This document shows, piece by piece, positions 28,297 through 38,197 of a stretch of 64,000 nucleotides of DNA (position 1 is the stretch's first letter; the number at the start of each line of letters is the position of its first letter). Made by a program: the position numbers and the translations under genes. The stretch is from Candidatus Multivoradales bacterium (GTDB lineage: Bacteria; Acidobacteriota; Thermoanaerobaculia; Multivoradales; J023), in contig CBDFLE010000006.1 of the NCBI GenBank assembly GCA_965248925.1, positions 1,120,001-1,184,000 on the forward strand. Reading direction: 5' to 3'. The notes under the pieces were generated by a model. It saw only the letters and a program-made list of their open reading frames with translations. It was not told the origin of the DNA and did no database searches.

Positions 28297-29943
28297 ATGC
28301 ACTCGACGCGCGTTCGCTCTGCTCTTCTGACCCTTACTCTCTCCTTGCTAGCCCTCGGCCTGCTGACCGCTCCACTGCTGGCAGCGAGCAACGGCGAACC
28401 CAACGGTCGGCTAGTCGACGTCTATTACTCTTCGGCCAAGATCGTCTGGGAGCCTATCGGTACCTTCGGCTACTCCGAGTTGGTGGTCTCAGCCCCGGAC
28501 GGCAACATTCACCAGAAGTACTTCGATCCCGGCGAGACCCTGGTGTTCTCGATCTTCGAAGTCGAGTTCGAACTCTGCGACGGCAACTACGGCTGGGAAG
28601 TCCGTTTCATGCCCAAAGGCGAGTTCCTGCGTCGCGGTCTCTATGACGACGAGAAGGCGGTACTGAACGGCAAGCGCACCTTTAACTCCACCGTGGTCGG
28701 CGGCAACATCAGCGTCTTGAACGGCAAGCTGGTCGATCCGCGCCCCACCGACGCCAAGGAAGGTCAGCTCACCGACCAAGATCCAGGTGGGCTTGCCGCG
28801 CCGAAAGACTTCGTGATCCTCGACGACCTGATCGTCGACGGCTCGGCTTGCATCGGTTTCGACTGCGTCAACGGCGAGTCCTTCGGCTTCGACACCATCC
28901 GGGTGAAAGAGAACAACCTGCGGATCAAGTTTGACGACACCTCTGTCGCCGCCTCGTTCCCGCGCAACGACTGGCAGCTGACCGCCAATGATTCAGCCAA
29001 TGGCGGCGCCAGCAAGTTCTCGATCGACGACATCTCGGGCGGCCGCACGCCGTTCACAGTCGAGGCCAACGCGCCGTCGCATTCGCTCTACGTCGATGAC
29101 GGTGGCCGCCTCGGCCTCGGCACCTCGACCCCTTCGGTGGACATCCACACCATCTCCGGCGACACCCCGACCTTGCGCCTGGAGCAGAACGGCTCCTCCG
29201 GCTTCGCGCCGCAGACCTGGGACGTGGCCGGTAATGAGACCAGCTTCTTCATCCGTGACGTCACCAATGGCTCTACCTTGCCCTTCCGTATTCGGCCCGA
29301 CGCCCCGTCCCAGTCGCTGATCATCGACCAGGATGGTGACGTCGGCCTCGGCACCCTCTCGCCGGACGCCGGCTTTCACCTGACATACGGCAACAATGAC
29401 GATGGCATCCACGTCGAGACCAGCGCTAGCGGCACCACCAAGCTGCTGTCGCTAGAGTCGGCCGAGCGGCCGCGGCTGGAGATGATCAACGGCTCGTTGG
29501 CCAACGCGATCTGGAATTTCGACGTGCTCAACAACGGCAACTTCGCCTTTATCAAATTCAGTGGCGAGACCTTCATTTTCGAAGCTGATGGCGATCTCAG
29601 TATTGCTGGAGACTTCATCTCCAACGGCACCACCCTCAATGTGCCCGACTACGTCTTCGAGGAAAGCTATGAGCTAATGCCCCTCGAGCAGCTGGAGACC
29701 TTCATTGAAGCTGAGAATCACCTGCCTGGAATCCCCTCGGCCGGGGAGATCAACGGCGGCAAGCTGAACATGACCCAGATGCAGATGACGCTGCTCGAGA
29801 AGGTCGAAGAGCTGACCCTCTACACCTTGCAGCAGAACGCCACCATTACCGAGCTGGCCCAGGACAGTCGCCAGCAGCAAGACACCATTGCCGAGTTGCA
29901 GGCGGCCCTCGCCGCTCTGCGTTCAGACTCGATCGCAGACTGA
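28297..29943 (+). CDS. Secreted tail-fibre-like protein, paralog 2
   Basis: Same architecture as paralog 1; GGAG RBS. Confidence 0.8.
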   Translation: MHSTRVRSALLTLTLSLLALGLLTAPLLAASNGEPNGRLVDVYYSSAKIVWEPIGTFGYSELVVSAPDGNIHQKYFDPGETLVFSIFEVEFELCDGNYGWEVRFMPKGEFLRRGLYDDEKAVLNGKRTFNSTVVGGNISVLNGKLVDPRPTDAKEGQLTDQDPGGLAAPKDFVILDDLIVDGSACIGFDCVNGESFGFDTIRVKENNLRIKFDDTSVAASFPRNDWQLTANDSANGGASKFSIDDISGGRTPFTVEANAPSHSLYVDDGGRLGLGTSTPSVDIHTISGDTPTLRLEQNGSSGFAPQTWDVAGNETSFFIRDVTNGSTLPFRIRPDAPSQSLIIDQDGDVGLGTLSPDAGFHLTYGNNDDGIHVETSASGTTKLLSLESAERPRLEMINGSLANAIWNFDVLNNGNFAFIKFSGETFIFEADGDLSIAGDFISNGTTLNVPDYVFEESYELMPLEQLETFIEAENHLPGIPSAGEINGGKLNMTQMQMTLLEKVEELTLYTLQQNATITELAQDSRQQQDTIAELQAALAALRSDSIAD

Positions 29944-29983
29944 GGGCGGGTGCGTCGCTAGCGACGCTCTACTTCTCAGCCGA

Positions 29984-30028
29984 ACAAGGCGACCGCGGCA
30001 ACAGCCGTCGGTCGCCTTGTCTCGTTTT
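29984..30028 (+). terminator. Intrinsic terminator after paralog 2
   Basis: ACAAGGCGACCG...CGGTCGCCTTGT followed by CTCGTTTT. Confidence 0.65.
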
Positions 30029-30074
30029 ACAGTGCAGACGTCTTACAGTGCAGACGATTTACAGTGCAGACGAT
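30027..30074. repeat. 3 x 16-bp tandem repeat
   Basis: TTACAGTGCAGACGTC / TTACAGTGCAGACGAT / TTACAGTGCAGACGAT. Confidence 0.9.
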
Positions 30075-30170
30075 CTGGCGTCCTCGGCTCGTCCAACTTC
30101 TTCGTTCCTCGCCCAGTCGATGAGCCCAGCTGAAAAGTAGAATCTATCGAGAGAGCCTTGGGCCACGAGC

Positions 30171-30199
30171 TTGACATCTGCCCTCGACAGCCTTCTAAT
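30171..30199 (+). promoter_or_regulatory. Sigma70-like promoter upstream of paralog 3
   Basis: TTGACA-N17-TCTAAT in an AT-richer intergenic region. Confidence 0.45.
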
Positions 30200-30650
30200 G
30201 GAGGTATATTTCTTTGACGAGATGACTCATATTTATATCAATAAGTCTCTCGTTGATGGCGGACTGCCTGCAACGGCACAAGCCAGGCTCTTCTTTTCCC
30301 AGCGTGCGTGGTTAGCTTGGAGTTAAGAACCGGCTCCTTGGTGGAGCTGTCATCTGATATCCGAACTCGGAGATTTCTCTATGTTCCGACCCACATATGC
30401 TGGTAGAGACCCTACCTACCACTCTGTTCTGAATAACTAGAACAAACCCTCTTTAATTGTCTTGCTTGACACTCAATTGGGGACCTGGTGCATCCGTTGA
30501 CAAGTTCGAGGAATCGATCGCTGGAGACTCTGAAACCGCCATGGGTAGGCGGGCCAGAGCGATTTCCCGAGTGCCCGAGCGCCATGGGACCCCACACACC
30601 GCCGCTTCCCAGTGGGAAACGACAGGCCTTTTGACCTCGGAGACTGACGC

Positions 30651-32255
30651 ATGAATCGGACTAAATCCACCCGCGCCTCGATCCTCACCCTCGTTCTCAT
30701 TCTCGTCGCCCTGCCGCTCACCGCCGGACCGGTTGCTGAGTCAGACCAAAGCAGCACCGCGATCTCTTGGCAGCCGCAGATCGCTTGGTCGAGCGCCCAG
30801 CTGACCGTCTCGGGACCTGGCGGGCAGCTCTTCGAGAAGACCTTCGACAGCGGTCTGGCGCCCACCTGGAGCGTCTTCGACAGCAGCGGCTTCGCCTGGC
30901 CGGACGGCAGCTACACCTACGAGCTGCGGCTGACCCCGGCCGGCGGCGTGCGGCAGCGCCCCGAGGGAGCCGATCAGCGAGCCGTAACCGACGGCAAGGG
31001 CAACTTCCCAAATACCGTCGCCTACGGCTACTTCACCATCGTCGATGGTCTGCTCGCCAACCCTTACCTGGGCAATGACAACACTGACCAGGATATCAAT
31101 TTTGACGCTCCGCAGCTCAGCGTGCAGCCCAAAGATCAGGTGATCCTTGACGACCTGATCGTCGACGGCTCGATCTGCGCCGGCTTCGACTGCGTCAACG
31201 GTGAGTCCTTCGGCTTCGACACCCTGCGGCTGAAGGAGAACAACCTGCGGGTCAGATTCCAGGACACCAGCTCCTCGGCCTCGTTCCCGAGCAACGACTG
31301 GCAGATCACCGCCAATGACTCGTCGAACGGCGGCGCCAACAAATACTCGATTGACGACATCGATGGCGGCCGGACGCCCTTCACCATCGAAGCGGGCGCG
31401 CCTTCGAATTCGCTCTACGTCGAAGACGGCGGCCGCCTCGGCCTCGGCACCTCGACACCGGTGGTCGACATTCACGTCAAGAGCGGCAACACCCCGACCT
31501 TGCGCCTCGAGCAGGACGGCTCTAGCGGTTTTGGCGCGCAGACCTGGGACGTGGCCGGCAACGAGGCCAACTTTTTCATCCGCGACGCCAGCAACGGCTC
31601 GACCCTGCCCTTCCGCATCTTCCCCGGCGCGCCTTCGAACGCGATCACCATCGAAGCCAGCACCGGTGACATCGGTTTAAACACCACCTCGCCGGACTCC
31701 AAGTTGAACATCGAGTACAGCGATTCAGGGGACGGCATCCTGGTCGAAACCAGCGACATCAGCGGCACCACCAACCTGCTATCGCTCAAGTCCGGGGCCC
31801 GGCCGAGGCTGGAGATGGTCAACGGCTCGGCTGCCAACGGCGTCTGGAACTTCGATGTGCTGAACATTACTGGTGACTTCGCCTTCATCAACTCCGTTAC
31901 CGCCCAGACGATGACTCTGGCGGCGACCAGCGGCAACATGACCATCACCGGTAACTACTTCTCCACTCTCTGCGTTTCCGGCAGTCCCTGTGCCCCGGAT
32001 TACGTCTTTGAGGACGACTACGATCTCCTGGTCCTCGAAGAAGTGAGGAGCTTCATCAATGAACATGGGCACCTGCCCAACGTACCCTCGGCCGAGGAGC
32101 TTACCGGTCCGATCAACATGTCTGCGATGCAGATGACGCTGCTCGAGAAAGTTGAAGAACTCACCCTCTACACGCTGCAGCAGCAGGACACGATCACGGC
32201 CCTCGAAGCACGCCTGGCGGCTTTGGAGCAGGCTGGCGAGGCCGGCGAGCGGTAG
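30651..32255 (+). CDS. Secreted tail-fibre-like protein, paralog 3
   Basis: Same architecture; extra Cys pair (LCVSGSPCA) before PDYVFE. Confidence 0.8.
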   Translation: MNRTKSTRASILTLVLILVALPLTAGPVAESDQSSTAISWQPQIAWSSAQLTVSGPGGQLFEKTFDSGLAPTWSVFDSSGFAWPDGSYTYELRLTPAGGVRQRPEGADQRAVTDGKGNFPNTVAYGYFTIVDGLLANPYLGNDNTDQDINFDAPQLSVQPKDQVILDDLIVDGSICAGFDCVNGESFGFDTLRLKENNLRVRFQDTSSSASFPSNDWQITANDSSNGGANKYSIDDIDGGRTPFTIEAGAPSNSLYVEDGGRLGLGTSTPVVDIHVKSGNTPTLRLEQDGSSGFGAQTWDVAGNEANFFIRDASNGSTLPFRIFPGAPSNAITIEASTGDIGLNTTSPDSKLNIEYSDSGDGILVETSDISGTTNLLSLKSGARPRLEMVNGSAANGVWNFDVLNITGDFAFINSVTAQTMTLAATSGNMTITGNYFSTLCVSGSPCAPDYVFEDDYDLLVLEEVRSFINEHGHLPNVPSAEELTGPINMSAMQMTLLEKVEELTLYTLQQQDTITALEARLAALEQAGEAGER

Positions 32256-32282
32256 ACCCGCCGACGGTTCTTGATCAAGATG

Positions 32283-32315
32283 GGGTAGGCTCTGTTTGGG
32301 GCCTACCCTTTCTTT
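32283..32315 (+). terminator. Intrinsic terminator after paralog 3
   Basis: GGGTAGGCTC...GGGCCTACCC followed by TTTCTTT. Confidence 0.65.
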
Positions 32316-32326
32316 GTTGAGTGCGC

Positions 32327-33427
32327 ATGGAAACACAAAATCGTTCCCGCCTCGCCCTGTTCTGCGCCTTGGCGACCTTGCTTTCCCTGGTCGCCGTAGG
32401 CCTGGGTACCGAGCTGCTTACCCGCCTGCTGATTCCACGGGAGGTCTTTTGGCCGATCAGCAACATCTATCGCGCGGCCGATATCTCCGCGGTTGCCTAC
32501 ACCTATATGCCGAGCTTCACGGGCACTGCTTTTGGCGTCGATCTGGAAACCAACAGCTTGGGGTTTCGCGGCCCGGAATGGCGGCGCGAAAAAAGCAGGG
32601 GGACCTTGAGGGTGGCGCTGATCGGCGATTCGATCGCCTTCGGCTTCGGCGTGCCTTTCGATCAAACCGCCGGCGAGCTGCTTGCCGCTGCTCTACACCG
32701 TCTGGGCGGCCCGCCGGTCGAGGTGCTGAACTTCGGCATCAACGGGCACAACAGCCGGCAGCAACTCGCCGTCTTGCAACACTATGGGCTGCGCTTCGAT
32801 CCCGACTTGGTCATCCTGGTACCGGCGAATAACGACCACAAACCGGCGCTGCTCGTCGACCCGGAAGGGTGGTTGCATTGGGACGGCTCGGCCAAAGAAA
32901 ACACCCGCGTGGTCGACAAGTCGATCGCAAAAATCAGCTCCCCGGAGCCACCAGGCTGGATCAAGCACAGTCGCGCCCTGCTCTATTTGAGGCTTTGGCT
33001 ACGCCAGCGAGCCGCTACCGCCGGCCCGCGATCCGATCAGCTGATGCCAGCCACCGATCAGAGCGCGGATTGGATGGCGCCAACGCCGCCTGGTCCAGTC
33101 TCTACCCGCCTCGCCAACACTGTCTTTGACCCCCTGCGAGAGAGCATCGAGATGGCGCAAGGTCGCGGCATTGCGGTCGTCCTCGCCCCTTTCTGCAGCT
33201 CGCGCGACTATCGCCAGATGTTCCAGATCCTTGCCACGGAGCGGGGCGTACCGGTCTTGGAGTTGCCGACTCTGTTCCCCGAGGCCAAGAGCTGGGCCGA
33301 GTTCACAGCCAAATTCAGCCTCGGCTGGGACAGTCATCCCAACGCCGAGGCGCAGCAGCGTTTTGCCGAGGGGTTGGCCGAACGGATCGCCAGTTTGCAC
33401 TTGGACCTGGAGCAGTCTGCCGAATGA
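32327..33427 (+). CDS. Membrane-anchored SGNH/GDSL hydrolase
   Basis: TNSLGFRG, IGDSIAFG, NFGING, NND and DSHPN motifs. Confidence 0.88.
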   Translation: METQNRSRLALFCALATLLSLVAVGLGTELLTRLLIPREVFWPISNIYRAADISAVAYTYMPSFTGTAFGVDLETNSLGFRGPEWRREKSRGTLRVALIGDSIAFGFGVPFDQTAGELLAAALHRLGGPPVEVLNFGINGHNSRQQLAVLQHYGLRFDPDLVILVPANNDHKPALLVDPEGWLHWDGSAKENTRVVDKSIAKISSPEPPGWIKHSRALLYLRLWLRQRAATAGPRSDQLMPATDQSADWMAPTPPGPVSTRLANTVFDPLRESIEMAQGRGIAVVLAPFCSSRDYRQMFQILATERGVPVLELPTLFPEAKSWAEFTAKFSLGWDSHPNAEAQQRFAEGLAERIASLHLDLEQSAE

Positions 33428-34971
33428 CTGCCACGACAGACTCCCTCGCCCAGGCTAACCGCGCGGTCCTGGTCTTGTTGTTGGTCTGCTGCGCACTGCT
33501 CGCTACCGTCGTTTTCTTGCTCCTGCGACCCTCCCCCGCTGACGCTATTGCATCCGTCGATGCTTTGCGCGACTCGGCCATTCGCGCCCGGGTGGTCGCT
33601 CGCCTGGCGGGTCAGAATTCCGACATCTATGACTCGCACACTGACGCCGAAGTCGGCCGCATTCTGTTGCCCGGATTGGACCACAAGCGCTCTAGGGATA
33701 TCTTGGTCTCGACCAATGGCTTCGGCCTGCGCGAACGCGCTTACGCCCTACCCAAGCCTGCCGGAGTCGTCCGCGTCGTGCTCCTCGGAGATTCTTTCGT
33801 GTTCGGCTATGGAGTCGCCGCCGAGGAACGCTTTGGGGTCCATCTGGAGCGCTGGTTGAGCGAGCGTTCTGGCAACGACAAGCTGCGGGTCGAATGCCTG
33901 CACATCGGCGTGTCGAGCTGGAATTTCAAATCCGAGGCGGCCTACCTGCGCCGCCAACTCAGCAATCTCGCCCCGGATCTGGTGATTCACCTCTCATTGC
34001 CCAACGACCTGCATGAGACCGTCGGTGTTCGCGGGTTCGGCGGGTGGTCGAGTTTCTCGCCGCAGAAACGGTCGCACGCCGACAGCGTGATCTCTGCCGC
34101 CTTTGGCCGGCGCGAGCTGGGCTTCTCCAGACCGGGCTATCTGTTGCACGGACTCGACTACGAAAGCCAAAGTCGCTACGCCGAGGCGGTGAGCGATCTA
34201 AGCCGCTTGGCGGCGGCGCTCGAACAGGCCGGCGCGGGGTATCGCCTGCTTTTCCATCACCGCCACCTCTGGCCGGTGACCTGGAGGTACTTGGGCAGCC
34301 AGCTGAATCCCAGCCAGATATTGTTCATTAGCGAGGAGTTCGGCAACGACCGCCGCTACTGGAATTCAGCGCAGGACCTCCATTGGAACCCCGCTGGCCA
34401 TCGCCAGGCGGCACAGATGCTCTTTGGACTGATCGTCCGCGACCACTTGCTGCCGAAACTTGAGCTTGAACCTTGGGCCGCGGCAGAGCAGCTGGCGGCC
34501 CAACATCTGTGGACCGCCGAGCGGGTGACACCGGACCACGATCAGAGCCCGGCTGAGCTGCTGCATCGCTACGGCCGGCCACGGATCGCTGCCGCTATCG
34601 ATTTCGCTCAGCTCGACGAGTACACCGCCAGTCAGATCCACGGCGGCGTCGACCGTGACCGGCAGGTCTCACCCTACGCCTCGATCCTGCTGCGCAACGA
34701 GAACGGGCGACGGCTGCGCTTGTTGGGTCACAGCTTCCCACGGCCGGAACTCGATGGCGCCGTGGTCCGGGTCTTCGTCGATGCTCACCAAGTGGGGCAA
34801 ATCAAGCTGCGGACGGACACTCCGATCCGTGAGTCCTTCCAAATCCCAGCCAGCCTCAGAAATCGTGAGTTCTTGAGCGTCAGGCTGGAGTCCTCGGACT
34901 ACGTCTACGTAGGATTAGACCTCCAGCACTGTGTGGTGTTTTGGCTGCGCGAGCTGGCGATAGAGTCTTGA
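33424..34971 (+). CDS. Membrane-anchored SGNH/GDSL hydrolase with C-terminal beta domain
   Basis: TNGFGLR, LGDSFVFG, PND and DLHWNPAGH motifs; ATGA overlap. Confidence 0.85.
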   Translation: MTATTDSLAQANRAVLVLLLVCCALLATVVFLLLRPSPADAIASVDALRDSAIRARVVARLAGQNSDIYDSHTDAEVGRILLPGLDHKRSRDILVSTNGFGLRERAYALPKPAGVVRVVLLGDSFVFGYGVAAEERFGVHLERWLSERSGNDKLRVECLHIGVSSWNFKSEAAYLRRQLSNLAPDLVIHLSLPNDLHETVGVRGFGGWSSFSPQKRSHADSVISAAFGRRELGFSRPGYLLHGLDYESQSRYAEAVSDLSRLAAALEQAGAGYRLLFHHRHLWPVTWRYLGSQLNPSQILFISEEFGNDRRYWNSAQDLHWNPAGHRQAAQMLFGLIVRDHLLPKLELEPWAAAEQLAAQHLWTAERVTPDHDQSPAELLHRYGRPRIAAAIDFAQLDEYTASQIHGGVDRDRQVSPYASILLRNENGRRLRLLGHSFPRPELDGAVVRVFVDAHQVGQIKLRTDTPIRESFQIPASLRNREFLSVRLESSDYVYVGLDLQHCVVFWLRELAIES

Positions 34972-34988
34972 AAATAGGGAGATCGAGA

Positions 34989-36644
34989 ATGATGTCAATC
35001 ATAGATTCGGAACCGGCCGCGAGCCCCGAGCCAAGCTCCTCGACCGACCGGCGAGTCAATTATGGGAGCCATCGGCGGCCGGCTGAACGCTACGACCTCG
35101 ACGCCGCGGAGCAATTCAGCCTACTGGCCGCCCACGGACTCCGAGAGCACCACAAGGTGCTGGAGATCGGCTGCGGCGGACTCGGCCTGGGACGCCTGCT
35201 GATCGCTTTTCTGCGGCCCGGTCACTACGTCGCCTACGACAGCGACCGAGAGATCGTCGAAGATGCCATCGAGCGCCAATGTTCCCCGGGCTGGATCGAG
35301 TTCAAACAACCACGATTGGTTCTCGGCAGCGAGCCTCTGGGGGAAGTGCTCACCGGTCACTTCGACTTCATCATCGCGACCCAGGCCCTCGACGGCGAGG
35401 ATCGATCGCGCCAGGGCGAGCTGCTGCTACAGCTAGAAGCTCATTTGGGCGCTCACGGATTCTTACTCTTGGGCCCGCCGGACACCACTCCGGAGCGGCT
35501 AGCGGAAGCCGCCACCAGCTGCGGTCTGACGGTCGAGCCGGGGGTCGCCAGCAGACCCGGCTCAACTCCCTGGCCGGTGTTGGGCCGTAACCCCACGGCC
35601 AACGCCAACACCACCAGCCAAACGCCGGATTTCGAGGCCTCCAGGCAACGGCGGACGGAAGAGGAGATTGAACGCTACCGCAATTGCGAGAACGTCCACG
35701 ACCTACCGCGGATCTTCCACACCTGGAGCCACCACTACCTGCTGCCCAAGTTGCAAGCCTGCGGCTTCCAGAGCCTCGAGGAGATCTATATGCGCTACAT
35801 CCTCGACATCTGCCGAGCTGCCCCTGATCGGCAGCACACCATCGCCAGCGTCGGCGCCGGCAACTGCGATCAAGAGGTCGAACTGGCCGAGTTGGCGCGC
35901 CAAGCCGGGGTGGAGAACTTTCGCTTCCACTGCCTCGAACTCAACCCGCACATGGTGGAACGCGGCCGCCAGTTGGCCCGTCACAAGGGGCTGGAGAAGC
36001 ACTTCGAGTTCGCGGTGATCGATATCGACCAATGGCGGCCCGAGCGTCCTCTTTCGGTGTGCTTCGCCAACCACTCGCTGCACCACATCGTCGAGCTCGA
36101 ACTCCTATTCGGCAAGATCAGCGAGGCGCTCGACCCGCAGTGGGGCATCTTCCTCACCAACGACATGATCGGCCGCAACGGCCACATGCGCTGGCCCGAA
36201 GCGCAGGCGCCGCTGGAGGGGATCTGGCGGCAAATGCCCGGGCGCTACAAGTACAACCACCTATTGCGGCGGCATGAAACGGAGTACGACAACTGGGATT
36301 GCTCGCTGGAAGGCAACGAGGGCATCCGGGCACAGGACATCCTGCCCCTATTGATGGAGTACTTCCATTTCGACACCTTCCTCGCCTTCTCCAACATCAT
36401 CGACATCTTCATCGACCGGGCCTTCGGCCACAATTTCGATGCCGACGATGCTGGCGATACGGCCTTCATCCACCGGGTGGCAAAGCTTGACGAAGAGAAG
36501 ATCCTGGCTGGCGAGGTCAAGCCCACACATCTGATCGCGGCAATGCGCACCAGAGCGGTGGAGAAGCTCAACTGCTACCGCCATCTGACGCCAGAGTTCT
36601 GCGTCCGCATGCCGGACCAACCCTTCCGCAAGTTCCCAGGTTGA
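34989..36644 (+). CDS. Tandem class I SAM methyltransferase (two domains)
   Basis: VLEIGCGGLGLG in the first domain; SVGAGNCDQE and ANHSLHH in the second. Confidence 0.82.
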   Translation: MMSIIDSEPAASPEPSSSTDRRVNYGSHRRPAERYDLDAAEQFSLLAAHGLREHHKVLEIGCGGLGLGRLLIAFLRPGHYVAYDSDREIVEDAIERQCSPGWIEFKQPRLVLGSEPLGEVLTGHFDFIIATQALDGEDRSRQGELLLQLEAHLGAHGFLLLGPPDTTPERLAEAATSCGLTVEPGVASRPGSTPWPVLGRNPTANANTTSQTPDFEASRQRRTEEEIERYRNCENVHDLPRIFHTWSHHYLLPKLQACGFQSLEEIYMRYILDICRAAPDRQHTIASVGAGNCDQEVELAELARQAGVENFRFHCLELNPHMVERGRQLARHKGLEKHFEFAVIDIDQWRPERPLSVCFANHSLHHIVELELLFGKISEALDPQWGIFLTNDMIGRNGHMRWPEAQAPLEGIWRQMPGRYKYNHLLRRHETEYDNWDCSLEGNEGIRAQDILPLLMEYFHFDTFLAFSNIIDIFIDRAFGHNFDADDAGDTAFIHRVAKLDEEKILAGEVKPTHLIAAMRTRAVEKLNCYRHLTPEFCVRMPDQPFRKFPG

Positions 36645-36671
36645 CCCGCGACCGCTGGACGCTGAGCAGCG

Positions 36672-38012
36672 CTACTCGAGATAGCCAAGCGCCTTGAGAC
36701 CGGCGAGAGTTTCCTCGCTCAGCCCGGCGGCGGGATCCACACCGCGGATCGCCGCCTGCACTACCTGGCAGGGATCACCTTCCAAGATAGCGCCCAGCTC
36801 TTGCAGCAACTGGCGGGCCCGGCGCGATTCGCTAGCGACCAGATCTTCTTTCTCGCCGGGATCCGCGGCCAGGTGGTAGAGCTGGAGCGCCAGCTCGGGG
36901 TGGCAGTTCAGAATCAGGCGCCAGCCGCCCTTGGTCAGACTGACTCCGCGGTATTTCGAATCGGTCATCGCGACGCTGACCACCGACCGCTCAGCACCAG
37001 ATTGGAGCCGTAGATCGATCCCGCCAGCCGCCGGCGGCGGCTCGACACCAACCAGCGAAGCCAACGTCGGCCACAAATCCAGGTTGCTGACCGGCAAGTT
37101 GGAACGGCCGCCAGCCAACGAGCGAGGCAGCTTGATCAGCAGCGGCACTCGCACCGCCTCGTCATGCAGGCTCCAATGCTGGAAACGGCCCCGCTCAGCG
37201 AACTCTTCACCGTGGTCGGCGGTCAACACGATCAGGGTGTCGCGCTCCAGATCCTGCTGCCGCAACACCTCCATCAACTCGGCGAACAACTGATCGGCGA
37301 AGTAGACCTCGCCGTCATAGAGCGAGCGTAAACGAGCCCGGTCAACCGCTTCTTCAGGAGCGAATTTTGCGCCAGTAGTGGTCACGAACGGCCCTTCGTA
37401 GTCGGCGTCGTAGAGGTGGGTCGAGCCCTGGCGCCAGTCGTAGGGGGAGTGCGGTGAGAGAAAATGTACCCAGGCGAAGAAACGCTGCTTTCGCGGCTCG
37501 GAGATCCAGGCCGTGGCGGCTTCCAGAACTTGGCGATCAGGGGCGGCGGAGAAAACCTCGAAATGCTCGAAGCCGCTGTCGAATCCCCGTTCGCGGGTCA
37601 GCTGGCTGTTGTTGAGAAAGGCCGCGGTGTCGTAGTCCGCACCGGTGAAGCTCTCGGCGAGGGTTGCCAAGGGCTCCAGCTGCCAACCGCGAAAGCTGCG
37701 CGATGGCAGCCGGCCAGTGAACATGGCAGCAAACGAAGTAGGGGTTACCGGCGCCGCCGAGTAAGCCCGCTCGAAGACCAGTGCTTGTTCGGCAAAGCGA
37801 TCGATATTGGGCGAGGTGGCGAGCGGATAGCCGTAGACCCCCAGCGCATCGGCCCGCAGAGCATCAAAGCTGACCACCAGTACGTTGAAGCCGGGGTGTG
37901 CTGGCAGCCATTCGGTGGCCGTGGGCCGCTCCGCGCCCGGTGGCGCGGAGCACGAGACCAGGACCAGCCCCAGGGCAACCAGCGGCCAGTGAACATGAGC
38001 ATCTGTTTTCAT
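36672..38012 (-). CDS. Sulfatase-like (alkaline phosphatase superfamily) lipoprotein
   Basis: Lipobox LVLVSC; NVLVVSFDALRAD, PHSPY, YDGEV, TADHGEEF, LKALGYL; nucleophile motif VTPTSFAA instead of CxPxR. Confidence 0.88.
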   Translation of the reverse strand: MKTDAHVHWPLVALGLVLVSCSAPPGAERPTATEWLPAHPGFNVLVVSFDALRADALGVYGYPLATSPNIDRFAEQALVFERAYSAAPVTPTSFAAMFTGRLPSRSFRGWQLEPLATLAESFTGADYDTAAFLNNSQLTRERGFDSGFEHFEVFSAAPDRQVLEAATAWISEPRKQRFFAWVHFLSPHSPYDWRQGSTHLYDADYEGPFVTTTGAKFAPEEAVDRARLRSLYDGEVYFADQLFAELMEVLRQQDLERDTLIVLTADHGEEFAERGRFQHWSLHDEAVRVPLLIKLPRSLAGGRSNLPVSNLDLWPTLASLVGVEPPPAAGGIDLRLQSGAERSVVSVAMTDSKYRGVSLTKGGWRLILNCHPELALQLYHLAADPGEKEDLVASESRRARQLLQELGAILEGDPCQVVQAAIRGVDPAAGLSEETLAGLKALGYLE

Positions 38013-38197
38013 CAGATTTCCTCTTGTGATGACGGAACTCTAACCGGGCTCGGAAGCAATCGGAACACCACAGAAAAAAATTCACGGCGATGATTCACTC
38101 TTGCCACTTCTGGCGCATGGAAGGGTCAAGAAGACAACGAGCCAATTCACGGGGCTCAAGACAAACTCAGTCAACCCAGACTTTCGGAGAGACGATC

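Noticed and set aside
30027-30074. Possible mini-CRISPR array
   Set aside because: The 16-bp units are directly adjacent with no spacers, and there are no cas genes in the window.
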